Assembly: GCF_000150275.1 (NCBI RefSeq)
Contig: NW_002060947.1
Span: forward strand, 5,679,184 to 5,743,183
Length of the DNA stretch: 64,000 nucleotides
Reading direction: 5' to 3'
Source: Trichoplax adhaerens
Lineage: Eukaryota > Animalia > Placozoa
The position numbers and the translations under genes were made by a program. The notes beneath the pieces were generated by a model that was not told the DNA's origin, did not search any database, and worked only from the letters and a program-made list of their open reading frames with translations. Position 1 is the stretch's first letter; every line of letters begins with the position of its first letter. Positions 1 through 10,481 of the stretch are shown in pieces.

Positions 1-49
1 ATTGATAATTTGTGCATTCTGTTATAAATTGACGTACTCGTATATAAGG

Positions 50-1495
50 TATTCTTGTTCCATAGTGCATAATAGTATAAGTGTTGGCGAAGCTGAAAAT
101 GGTAAAATACGTAGAATTCACATGCCCTACGTAATTCGAAAGGAACGATAGCTTAATTAGGAAATTGTAGAAAAAAATATCATACAAGATAGACCACAAA
201 CGATGATCACATGAAATAATTGTTTATTTGTAAATAATCATTAATTGGTGTAAACTGCTTCAATTGCTACATTATAATTCCTTGTACGTATATGTTGCAG
301 AATATTAATTACAGCAATGACTTTGCAGATCTGTAATTTAAATATAGTACTTTCAGGCTTCGTCGCTGTATTCGTAATCTACGCTAAAATTACTCATCGA
401 ACTTCATTTACTATTTACCTAACTTTCGCAAGTATCCGTGCTACACCTTGTATGACTTTTTCAACACTTTACCTTTTACAAGCACAAACGCAGTACATAT
501 TGTACGTCGAAGCCTACCGTATTTCGAGGAATTTTTAGGCATAGTGACTTGCATACAGCTAGCTTTCTGGAAGCATAGGTGCGTGCTACAAGAGTATCTC
601 CAGGGATTGGAACCATCTGGAGTGATTACTTGCTTGACCTAGTACAGCGTAAGATTCTTTGACTCCTATTCGCACTGTTCGATAAAGAATACGGAGTACA
701 CAGCAAATACAAGTATAGTCACTTGTTTAAAGCTCAAAAGCAGTGGATATTTAATTAAGTGGACATCATAAAATTATTACACCTGTCGTATGTATATCGC
801 CGAACCACAATGTATTGGTTATAGCTTATTTTATTATAAGATAGGCCGTATTCACAATCATTCCTCTTTCATAGGAATCTGAAAATGATATTGTTTACAA
901 GCAATATGAAGAAGTATATCGTGGTAAATAAATGTTTATAGACCAATTGAGTCTTGAATATACTAGTTTCGATTACGAAATAGCAGTTACATTTTTCGAT
1001 AAACACGAATATAAATGCAATTATTAGTAACATGATAAATACCCTTCCAAGCATGAAGATGCGATGGTAACCCACTGCCGTAACCTTAGCATGTCAGTAC
1101 CTTATCGCACCTAGCAATTTATAAATTATTCCTTTTTTTAACATCATAGTAATATATGTATATATACAATTCAATAATCTGTTTCTGCCACTTTGATACT
1201 ATTTTTCCTGTAAGAATACACTACCTAGAATAAATCAAATTTGGTAGTATAATTGACATACGTCTGTCTATAAATCTTTCGGCAACAAAAGACTTATCAT
1301 TCATCCCACCAAGAGTAACAGATTGCCACGATTTCAATAAGCAGAGCGTAGCAGCCGTTAACCTGTGAAACATAATAACTCTAAATATTCAATTTCAATC
1401 AGGCATAATAATATGTTTACTATTGTACGTATGTCATCGATCAAGGCATAGTGGTAGTCTTACAAATTATGGTAAACATCTTTGTGATTGAACAG
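50..1495 (-). CDS. Putative multi-exon gene of unknown product (partial, runs off the window start)
   Basis: Several minus-strand segments are bounded by AG/GT sites. Two adjacent ones splice in phase to give LFNHKDVYHNL|LTAATLCLLKSWQSVTLGGMNDKSFVAERFIDR (~1465-1495 and ~1262-1362). Another open segment, VKQVITPDGSNPWRYSCSTHLCFQKASC, lies at ~520-638. No family recognised and no full model resolved. Confidence 0.3.
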
Positions 1496-1735
1496 TCTAA
1501 GGTGCAAACTAATTCTATAAGACATATAGCACAATCATTGAGCATAATCGTTCCATGTAGAGTACAATCAATACTTTACTATGCAGAACTAGGAAAGATT
1601 ACAAAATGATACAAGAATAAAAAAAAAGCACGCTTGATAAGGCTTAGACAAGAAATGACCTAAGCGTACCGTATGAAATGTTCAAATGGGAACGATTAAA
1701 GATAACTGTGCAAAATACGATTCCAACAGGCTGCT

Positions 1736-2359
1736 TTAGTCCAGGCCATGCAAGGCAGCATACTGGCTAACGAGGTACTCATAACCAAATATATCATCGT
1801 CATCATTAACTGGATCATTTTCATGTTGGGAAAATATATATTGCGTTGTGTTGTAGGGTGTCATCCATGGATGTCTTACTAGTGGTATTTCAGGTTCAGG
1901 ACCAGAGAAAGTGTCACCAAAACATTCGTCCGATGATTCACTGGTTGCATTTGCAACAGTATATTTGCTATCGAGGTTAGTGGAAAAAAATGCATCTACA
2001 TCACCGTTATTATCACATGCTTGTATAGTCGAGTTGTCTTGCAGTGCACTTTTCAATTTACGCTTGGGCGGTTGTTCATTATTTTCTTCTATAGGACTGT
2101 CGTCTTGCTCTTGACCATAACCAATTTTACGCTTTGTCGTATGAACGAAACGGCTGGACGAGTTCCAACATTGATTTGCGTTACTAGTATAGCTGCTTGA
2201 ATCATTGCTAATACCGTATTCCGGTAGTACTGGTGTTACGGAGTCTTGAGTATTGAGGCAATTGTCGTCAGGAAGTTGGCATTGCTTTACTTTCCTAAGA
2301 TCAACTACTTCTTCATTAGTCATTACGCTAACTTGGATCATTACGTCACTGCTACGCAT
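1736..2359 (-). CDS. Intronless 207-aa, largely disordered protein with a C-terminal HEXIM-type PYNT motif (HEXIM-like)
   Basis: Long ATG-initiated ORF in AT-rich DNA. It contains MTPYNTTQYIFSQH followed by an acidic stretch, resembling HEXIM APYNTTQFLMDDH, plus short basic clusters (TKRK, PPKRKLK). Confidence 0.6.
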   Translation of the reverse strand: MRSSDVMIQVSVMTNEEVVDLRKVKQCQLPDDNCLNTQDSVTPVLPEYGISNDSSSYTSNANQCWNSSSRFVHTTKRKIGYGQEQDDSPIEENNEQPPKRKLKSALQDNSTIQACDNNGDVDAFFSTNLDSKYTVANATSESSDECFGDTFSGPEPEIPLVRHPWMTPYNTTQYIFSQHENDPVNDDDDIFGYEYLVSQYAALHGLD

Positions 2360-2879
2360 AGGGACTTAACAAGACGGGTGTTTTAAGAATCTTAAAACTG
2401 AGGTCAATGTAATTGGCAATAAAGTAAGGACGAAATTGCCTCTATCCTACACTTTTCAATCCTTCAAAGAAATGACCAACAATATCAACGCTACCTATCG
2501 AGTCACTAAATGGATGACAGTTGCTAGGAATTTTCTTGAGTTTGTCTAAATTTACAGTGTGAAAGTGACTGCAAAAAGACTGAAAAAAAAGACTGGATGC
2601 TAAACTGAGCAATACTGAAGTCAAGCAAGGGAGATAGCCAAGTTTGCTATCCAAAATGGACGTTAAGATCACTGTCAAGTAAAAGATTTTCAATGTACAG
2701 GACAGTGAAATACTGAATGGAAATTATCTTTACAGTTAATGGGTGGATAACTACCTTGAAGTTGCTGTTGAAACTTTTTACGGTTGACGTGTCACCGTGT
2801 CGACCTTCTCGGTGGCGTGTTGCAATAAGAATGAGGCGACGTTAGACAGTGTAGGTTGTGTTATAGTTTTTTTCTTCAT

Positions 2880-4110
2880 CTCTATGGTACTGTACTGTGC
2901 TGTACGGTAGTGTATTTGGCAGTGTTGTGCGTAGTGTAGTGTACTGTACAGTACAGTGTACAGTACAGTACACTACAGTACAATAGTAGAAAATTGGAGA
3001 GTTTTTTTAACCGCGTGGTAACTGGAACTGTACAGTACAGTACTATACATCGTACTGGACATTGGGGACTACTGGGTTCTCTAGGGACCGCTAAAGACTC
3101 TTTCTTTTGCTTTACAGTGATTCGTCTGACTGATACCTTAGCGTGTACGACAATGAGACGTTTCCAACGTTTGCAGAACGTTGTTTTTTTACTGTAAAGA
3201 TGGACTTATTAATATGGTTGCTAAAACAAACACTTTACAGTACGGTACACTGTACAATGTACAGTATTGTATTGTAGTTTTTGCTGATGAAGCTGATGAT
3301 GATTGATGACTTGCAATCCAAATATAGTAACTTACAGTATAATCCATTCAATACAATGCACTGTATTACTGTACTGTACAGTACAGTACAGTACAGTACA
3401 CCCTGGTCCCGGTTACAACAACATTACAGTACAGAACAGTGCATGAGTGTACTGTACTGTACTGTACAGTACTGTACAGTACAGTACAATACTGTACAGT
3501 ATGCGGTACAATACGTACAGTACTGTATTCCTTTAACACGTGATCCAATCCATGGGTACAAAATGGATGGCAAATGCGTGGTTAGAGACTTGTAAGAGTA
3601 TTAGTCTTGGAAACCCCTGGTTTTAATATGTACGATTAGTGGGTAACTTTCTACAATAAGAGACCTACTGTACTGTATGTGTATACAGTACATATGTTCA
3701 TAACGATTGGTCTTTTGGGGCGTTTTCCTCGTAGTTAGTTTTTACTACAGTATTCAAACATACAGTACAATACTGTATGGAAGAAAACGGATCACATTGA
3801 GTACAGTACAGTATGGTACAGTACTGTAATGTACTGTATCAGAGACTAAAACAGTACAGTACTGTACTGTACAGCACAATATAAAGAAAAGAGAGGTTGC
3901 TCTCTTTTCTTCCGACTTTACAGTACAATGTACTGTAGTAAGAAAGAAAGATCCAACGACTGTACAGTACTGTACTGTACTGTACACAAAAAGAAATACG
4001 ATACAGTACACTACTGTACTGTACTACTGTACTGTACTGTACATCAGTACGGTCGCAGTCATGGACGGACGGAATAGACTACTACAGCAGAGTACAGTAC
4101 TGTATTGGTA
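2880..4110. repeat. TACTGTA/TACAGTA (ACTGT-type pentamer) low-complexity island in the divergent upstream region of the HEXIM-like gene and TXNDC9
   Basis: Dense runs such as gtactgtacagtacagtgtacagtacagta. They generate spurious YSTVQ/YCTV ORFs. Confidence 0.85.
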
Positions 4111-4406
4111 TTACTACCATTGCCATGGTACCGTCGTATGTGGTACTGCGCAGTAGTGACCACTCGATCGTTCGTATTTGTGTAGCAACGTCCAAAACAC
4201 ATCTAAACAATCTTGTCGCGCTTGTACTGTACACTCTACTGTTATATGTAGACGCTCATTGGCGCAGTCATTCATATCTGGAAAGTGGCTGACTCTTGCT
4301 CTTACCATTGGTTAACGATCCACAGGTACAAATTCAAATTGGACGATTGATTGATTAACCAGCTTGGAGATGAAGTCCAATTGTACGGATTCAAGCGGTC
4401 AAAGAT

Positions 4407-5020
4407 GACAATCTGTATCTTGATTAGTTTTTTGAGCTTACTACGTTCTCTAGCGGTAAAGTTCGTAATTACTGGTTGAAAATGAACAATTTGCCATGTA
4501 GTCGTTAACGTTGAAGAATAGCTGATAGCTTTACTCCAGTTCACTGTTCTAACATTGGCAGTCTAATCAAGCATGCAAGCTCATTGATCACGATACTACA
4601 GACTGTAGTCTACAGTACACAGTAGACAATCTGTATCTTGATTAGTTTCTTCAACTTACTATGTTCTCTAGCGGTAAAGTTCGTAATTACTGGTTGAAAA
4701 TGAACAATTTGCGATGTAGTCGTTAACGTTGGAGAATAGCTGATAGCTTTACTCCAGTTCACTATTCTAACATTGGCAGTCTAATCAAGCATGCAAGCTA
4801 ATTGATCACGATACTACAGTACACAGTAGACCATCTGTATCTTGATTAGTTTCTTGAGCTTACTACGTTCTCTAGCGGTAAAGTTCGTAATTACTGGTTG
4901 AAAATGAACAATTTGCGATGTAGTCGTTAACGTTGGAGAATAGCTGATAGCTTTACTCCAGTTCACTGTTCTAACATTGGCAGTCTAATCAAGCATGCAA
5001 GCTCATTGATCACGATACTA
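4407..5020. repeat. Tandem repeat, 3 copies of a ~204-218 bp unit
   Basis: The unit beginning a(a/c)atctgtatcttgattagtt and ending gatcacgatacta recurs at ~4408, ~4626 and ~4830 with few substitutions. Confidence 0.95.
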
Positions 5021-5327
5021 CCGTACACTCCGTGGCTGATAGCCACAACTGCACTACAGTACTTGCTCAACCCGTTTGATGCAGTCATCATGTCACTAGA
5101 TAAAGTACAGGATAGTAGCACACCTTATTTGTCACTTTGATAGACTGATTCTATACAACAGTACTCTAAAATTATCACAGTACATAAATACATGTACTAT
5201 CGATGCTATTGGGTTGCTTGTTAACGTATTTTACCAATTTCATTCATTTTGTAGAAATTTTCTTCCAATTTTGATCATTACTTCACTGCTGAATCTATCA
5301 TTTGACCTCGTCCTCTCAAATATCAAC

Positions 5328-5981
5328 ATGGCACAAAACTTAGAAAATATTTTCCAAGATCATTTATTAAGGGCAACCAAGATGGTTGAAGATCAGGTCG
5401 ATGCTGAGCTGCATCGATTAGAGACCTTGGATGAAGATGAATTAGAAACCATCAGAGCGAAAAGACTCGAACAAATGAAGAAGCTAAACGCTCAAAAGCA
5501 AGAATGGTTTTCTCAAGGCCATGGCTCGTATTCGGAAGTTGCTGACGAAAAAGAATTTTTCCAGGCTACCAAAAAGAGCTTTCGTCTTATTTGCCATTTT
5601 TATCGTGATAGCACCTTTAGGTGCAAAATTGTTGATAAACATTTAGCTGAATTAGCCCCCAAGCATGTTGAAACTAGATTTATAAAGATCAACGTGGAAA
5701 AAGCACACTTTTTGGTTGAGAGATTAAAAGTCAAAATGCTACCTACCATTGTATTAATTAAGGATGGTAAAACTGTAGATAGGATAATTGGTTTCGACGA
5801 ATTAGGAGGTACCGATGAATTTTCAAATGAAATGATGGAATGGAGGATCGCTAGAGCTGAAGTGATAAATTACAGTGGTAATATTTATGAGCCACCAACC
5901 ACTGATTCTAAAAAATCAATTCATTTTGCGGTCAACAAAACTATTCGCTCCCAGGAAGATGATTTCTCCGACGATGATTAA
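5328..5981 (+). CDS. TXNDC9: Thioredoxin domain-containing protein 9 (phosducin-like protein 3), intronless
   Basis: MAQNLEN...VEDQVDAELHRL...WFSQGHGSYSEV...EKEFF...ICHFYRDSTFRCKIVDKHL...KHVETRFIKINVEKAHFLVERLKVKMLPT...GFDELGGTDEFS...EWRIA matches the PhLP3/TXNDC9 signature. The first in-frame ATG is at 5328. Confidence 0.93.
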   Translation: MAQNLENIFQDHLLRATKMVEDQVDAELHRLETLDEDELETIRAKRLEQMKKLNAQKQEWFSQGHGSYSEVADEKEFFQATKKSFRLICHFYRDSTFRCKIVDKHLAELAPKHVETRFIKINVEKAHFLVERLKVKMLPTIVLIKDGKTVDRIIGFDELGGTDEFSNEMMEWRIARAEVINYSGNIYEPPTTDSKKSIHFAVNKTIRSQEDDFSDDD

Positions 5982-7768
5982 CTATACAATACTGTATATA
6001 TTAACCCTTAATATCTTTCTTTGCTTCTGTGTATGAAATAGCTGTACGCGTATACAGTACCTAAATCGCAACTCTATGTATAGTAGTTAACCGTCGTCTT
6101 GTCAATTTAATTTACAGAGCCTTACTGGCCATAAACTCAGCCTGATCGGCTCTTCTGTTTGGTTATCTAGTAATAAGTTTGCTTTTGCAGGTATAATAAT
6201 TCTAAGATGGCGTTATTTGCGATTTCTTTATTCATTAATCCATGCCACTGTTGAGTTGGACATCAATCGTCAACCTCTGTATGGCTTCAGGATTTTATTA
6301 ATTCATCAATTTTACCTAAAATAGACTCTGCAGAAGCGAGCAAGTGATGCTAAAATAGGGATTAAGTATAGTGATATGCTCCTTGATTTCGCGTCATTTC
6401 TTTGTAGAGACGTTAAGAAAATAGCTTGTGGACTTCAAATACCCATTTTGACGGTGTCTACGCGTAAAGGGATGTCGTCTTAATAATCTGTTATGAGACA
6501 ATCAGATAAATAGAATATTTATAGAGATTGCATTCATAACGAATTGATATGAATAATTATAATTTAAATTTACAGTAGACCATGTGCATGATGCACTTCT
6601 ATATAGTACAGTAATAGTGATGATAACGAAAGAATTCATTTTATCCTAGCATCATGTTTACGGGTTAAATTCATTTTTTTTGCGATCGTTGTACTATAAC
6701 GTCTAGTATAACTTCACCCATTCAATCATCTTTGCTTTACAACACAGCCAAGCAATGTGCTTGTTGCATTATATAGAATTATAATTCGTTACTTATTGTA
6801 CAAAATGTTAAAATCTCCTCAGATTAATTATATTATATTGTATCTTTCTAACATAATACTCGTATAGCAATGCCTGCTGTAGTAGAAGTATGAATGTATT
6901 TATTTCATTTCATGATGAAGGCTCTCAGTAGCCTTTGTCTGATGGAGAGAAATTTCGATTTACCATATCAGGCTTCATGGGATTGCGTAGGATACGAGTC
7001 ATGATATTTGAAATAAAAATTAAAGGTCAAAGATGGATGACTTACTGCGTTAATAGATCTGAATAAGTTTAATAAATCAATTGCTTTTAAATTAGGGCAC
7101 CGTGACCGTGCATGAATGATTCAGAAGTATCATCATAATAATACTGTCATAACTAATCCATGAAAAGTCATCATATTGATTGAAGAGCCAACTTGTGACA
7201 GTGATAGATTATATAACATGGTTAAAAGTACAAATATGCTATACTAGTCAAAGTATAACGACCGAATGATCCATAGAGGCAAGAGGTAAGATCGGCCAGT
7301 AATTAATTCAATAAATAATGTACAATTATGGACTACCAGCAGACCTAATCTTTCTAGAGTCTGCACTGTTGATGCAACTACTTTCGTCGCGGTTTTGTGT
7401 GCACACTGTACAGTGTACAGTCTATTACCCATATATCCACAATGTCAAAAGAAATTGGAAACTAGAAGACTCGTGCACTCTATGAATTTAGGAGGCGGAA
7501 GGGACGAAATCATATTAGGAGCAAATTCTTACAGCAGAAGGATTTGTATTTATGAAGGCTTTCGCGGCATGGCTACCGCTCCATCTTCATTTACAGTTAG
7601 CAGTCGCTGTTCTACTGCCCATACAGTACTAACTGTATCTACCGTCCAGTACGATGACAGCATGACGGTTGTAATCTGGCCCAGTCACGCTACAGTACAG
7701 TAGCTTGCTTGGATAAAACACGGACATACAGATATACGGATGGCAAAGGTCGCGCATAAATTAAACGG

Positions 7769-7782
7769 TTTTCCCGCCAAAA
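7769..7782. promoter_or_regulatory. E2F-type site TTTTCCCGCCAAAA
   Basis: Matches the TTTSSCGC consensus and lies at the edge of a TACAGTA-rich island. Confidence 0.4.
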
Positions 7783-9009
7783 ATTTGTATTGCCGGTGAT
7801 GAGCACGAAGATGTTCATACAGCACCTGTCGCCAGGTGATATATAAAATGCGAGTGCAGAGTTTTGCATCCCTGTCTATTTATTCCCATTCTGATGCTTA
7901 CTGAACAATATTAGGTGTGAGAAAATTGTTATCCTGTGGGTTAAGCTTTGGACTTCAATATCAAATCACGCAACTTCAAAGCTTAGAACAGCAGATAGGA
8001 AGATTTGTACGTCCTTTTCTAATCAAGAATTAGAGTCTTGCAAATTTGAAACAAGCTGTGGATTATTGCTGCTCGTCATGCAAACAAATGTTGAGCTACG
8101 CGTGCTGGCTTGAAGGTATGAACTTTCTAGCATACTATATAGAATACCTGCAATGGACGTTTATAGTGTAGCACGGTGATACACGATGAGAAGTGGTTGG
8201 CTAGATCATGATAGGATATAGTAAAATGATAAAGTTAAATCTAATTTATGGTTGTAATTGAACAAATTGATCGTAATGAAGACAGCATATTATTTTGTTA
8301 ACTGTCTTGTAAGTTCAAGTAATCGAAGTCGTTCATAAAAGTAGAGGGTTTACTGTTTCATCAGTTACACTTTAGTATACAAGGGAAAATTAATCACGCA
8401 ATACATTTATGATTTTACACTTTGTTGTTGTACAATACCATCCAGCACAAAATAAGAATCGTTGTCATCAATTTATGGGCAAAGATTAAGTTCAAACTTC
8501 TTCCCCGAGATAGCTTAGCATGCCAAAAAAGATTTCCGGTGCTGCATTATTGTACAGAAATAAGCCTGCGTTTTACAATTTCACTCTGTTACCTTGTTTC
8601 ACGTGTTCATTCACGATTGCATAAGATCGATTAAAATAACACTGGGTCAAGTTTTTGCTCTTGTTTCAATCTTACGATGAAAATCAAACTCATCTTGTAC
8701 GTGTAAATGAATATTGTTGTACTGTAGTGAACTGACTGAACTCTGCTTTGAGAATCTGTTTGAACTATCAGACATTCTCACGTAATCGTTCTTATTGAAG
8801 TTTCTGTAAATTTCATGCCGTTCAGTCTTACTGCGTTATTACGAAAGATATACGTGTAGACTTTCTTTAAAATTGTTTGTGGTTAATGTTATTATTAATA
8901 ATGCTTCAAGGCTGTAATGACGGTAGATGATATTCACCATCAATATATCAAGATAGTACTAAATGGGTATTTGCATGGTAGTTTGAAAAGATACAAATGC
9001 ATGCAGATA

Positions 9010-9605
9010 CTGGTTCAATGTCAAAGTACAGTACTAGCGAGAGGAAATTTTTGTCGCCAGTACCATTTACCGTATGTATGCGTGTTTCTTCTCGCTCTAA
9101 TTTCATTGATTTGATTGCAATTTGTGCATTTTTGCTGCCTTGCAACTCCCAAAATAACTATCCATCCTTTGCAATAGCGTAATCTACCATGCAATTGCAG
9201 TATCGATATTATGATTCAATGTCAAAGTAGAGTACTACCGTTTGGAAATTTTTGTCGCCAGTACCATTTACCGTATGTATGCGTATTTCTTCTGGCTCCA
9301 ATTTCGTTGATTTGATTGCAATTTGTGCATTTTTGCTACGTTGCAACTCCCAAAATAACATTCCATCCTTTGCAATAGCGTAATCTACTATCCAAATGCA
9401 GTATCGATATTATGATTCAATGTCAAAGTAGAGTACTACCGAGAGGAAATTTTTGTCGCCAGTACCATTTACCGTATGTATGCGTATTTCTTCTGGCTCC
9501 AATTTCATTGATTTGATTGCCATTTGTGCATTTTTGCTGCCTTGCAACTCCCAAAATAACATTCTATCCTTTGCCATAGCATAATCTTCTATCAAATTAC
9601 AGTAT
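9010..9605. repeat. Tandem repeat, ~3 copies of a 201-bp unit
   Basis: gtatcgatattatgattcaatgtcaaag recurs at 9200 and 9401. The core aaatttttgtcgccagtaccatttaccgtatgtatgcg is present three times. Confidence 0.95.
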
Positions 9606-10481
9606 AGACTAAATTTTTCTAGTTTATGATCGAAGTTCGGTGCTCAATTTCAATTCATTTGGACATTGTTTACTATGGTGGGCCGAGTACCGTCCATTGA
9701 TTGCTTGCTGTACTACAGGATGTCTTACAGCAATACAGACTTATACAGTAGCACTATAGCCTGTAGTATGAAAAACTTGCTCAGTAGACTTTCTGTATCA
9801 GCGTGCGTTAAGAACCATATTTAATACTGTACAGAAGGAAATGATGAAAGTCCATACAGTGCGCTGTAGTGCGTAGGCAGCTTTGGAACGTACCCCTACG
9901 CATTCGTATGGCTGCGTGCCTTTGAACCGAGCACTCTTTGCAAAACCATTTGCAATATTTTACAGTACAGTACAGGACACCACCTACTGCGTACAATGTA
10001 CTGTACATTGTACGCAGTAGCACTATATAAACATTCCCGTCCTGCTCAGTCCATACAGGAACTGGACAACATCAATGTACATTTCGATGCTTTATTCAAT
10101 TTTGTCAACAATTTGAACGGGTAATAATATCATCAACGATGCCAACCAATTTGTAGATGAAGAGCTTTCTCCACATAGAAGATACGACAGTGATTGATGA
10201 TCATTGACTCCATTTAATCTAAGAATATACAGTGAGAGATGATGGCCTTGGATACGTAGTAGCATTAAAATTCTGGCAGTTAGCGAACCCTTATTGCTAA
10301 AGGATAGCGTCCAAAGAGGGTTCCTTTCATCCGCCTTTTCATTCACTATAGTAATTTAAATATCAGTTGGATTGAAATTATCAAGTTTACAATTCGTATT
10401 GTACTTGTATTACCCTACGGTGACGATAGATTGATTGTGGTTAGTCTTTATAGTTGACCCAAGATAAAAAGGATAGCAGCT

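Noticed and set aside
2994-4011. ORFs rich in YSTVQ/YCTV (also ~18200-18480, 28209-28631, 37351-38200, 63576-63918)
   Set aside because: They are translations of the TACAGTA/TACTGTA repeats, occurring on both strands with no family features.
5214-5327. Hydrophobic N-terminal extension on TXNDC9 in the ORF track
   Set aside because: It starts at TTG. The first ATG (5328) matches the expected protein start.
7799-8005. Faint resemblance of MFIQHLSPGVRKLLSCG to a MutL/MLH3 N-terminus
   Set aside because: The following ATPase motif (ELxxNSxDA) is absent and the similarity is too short.
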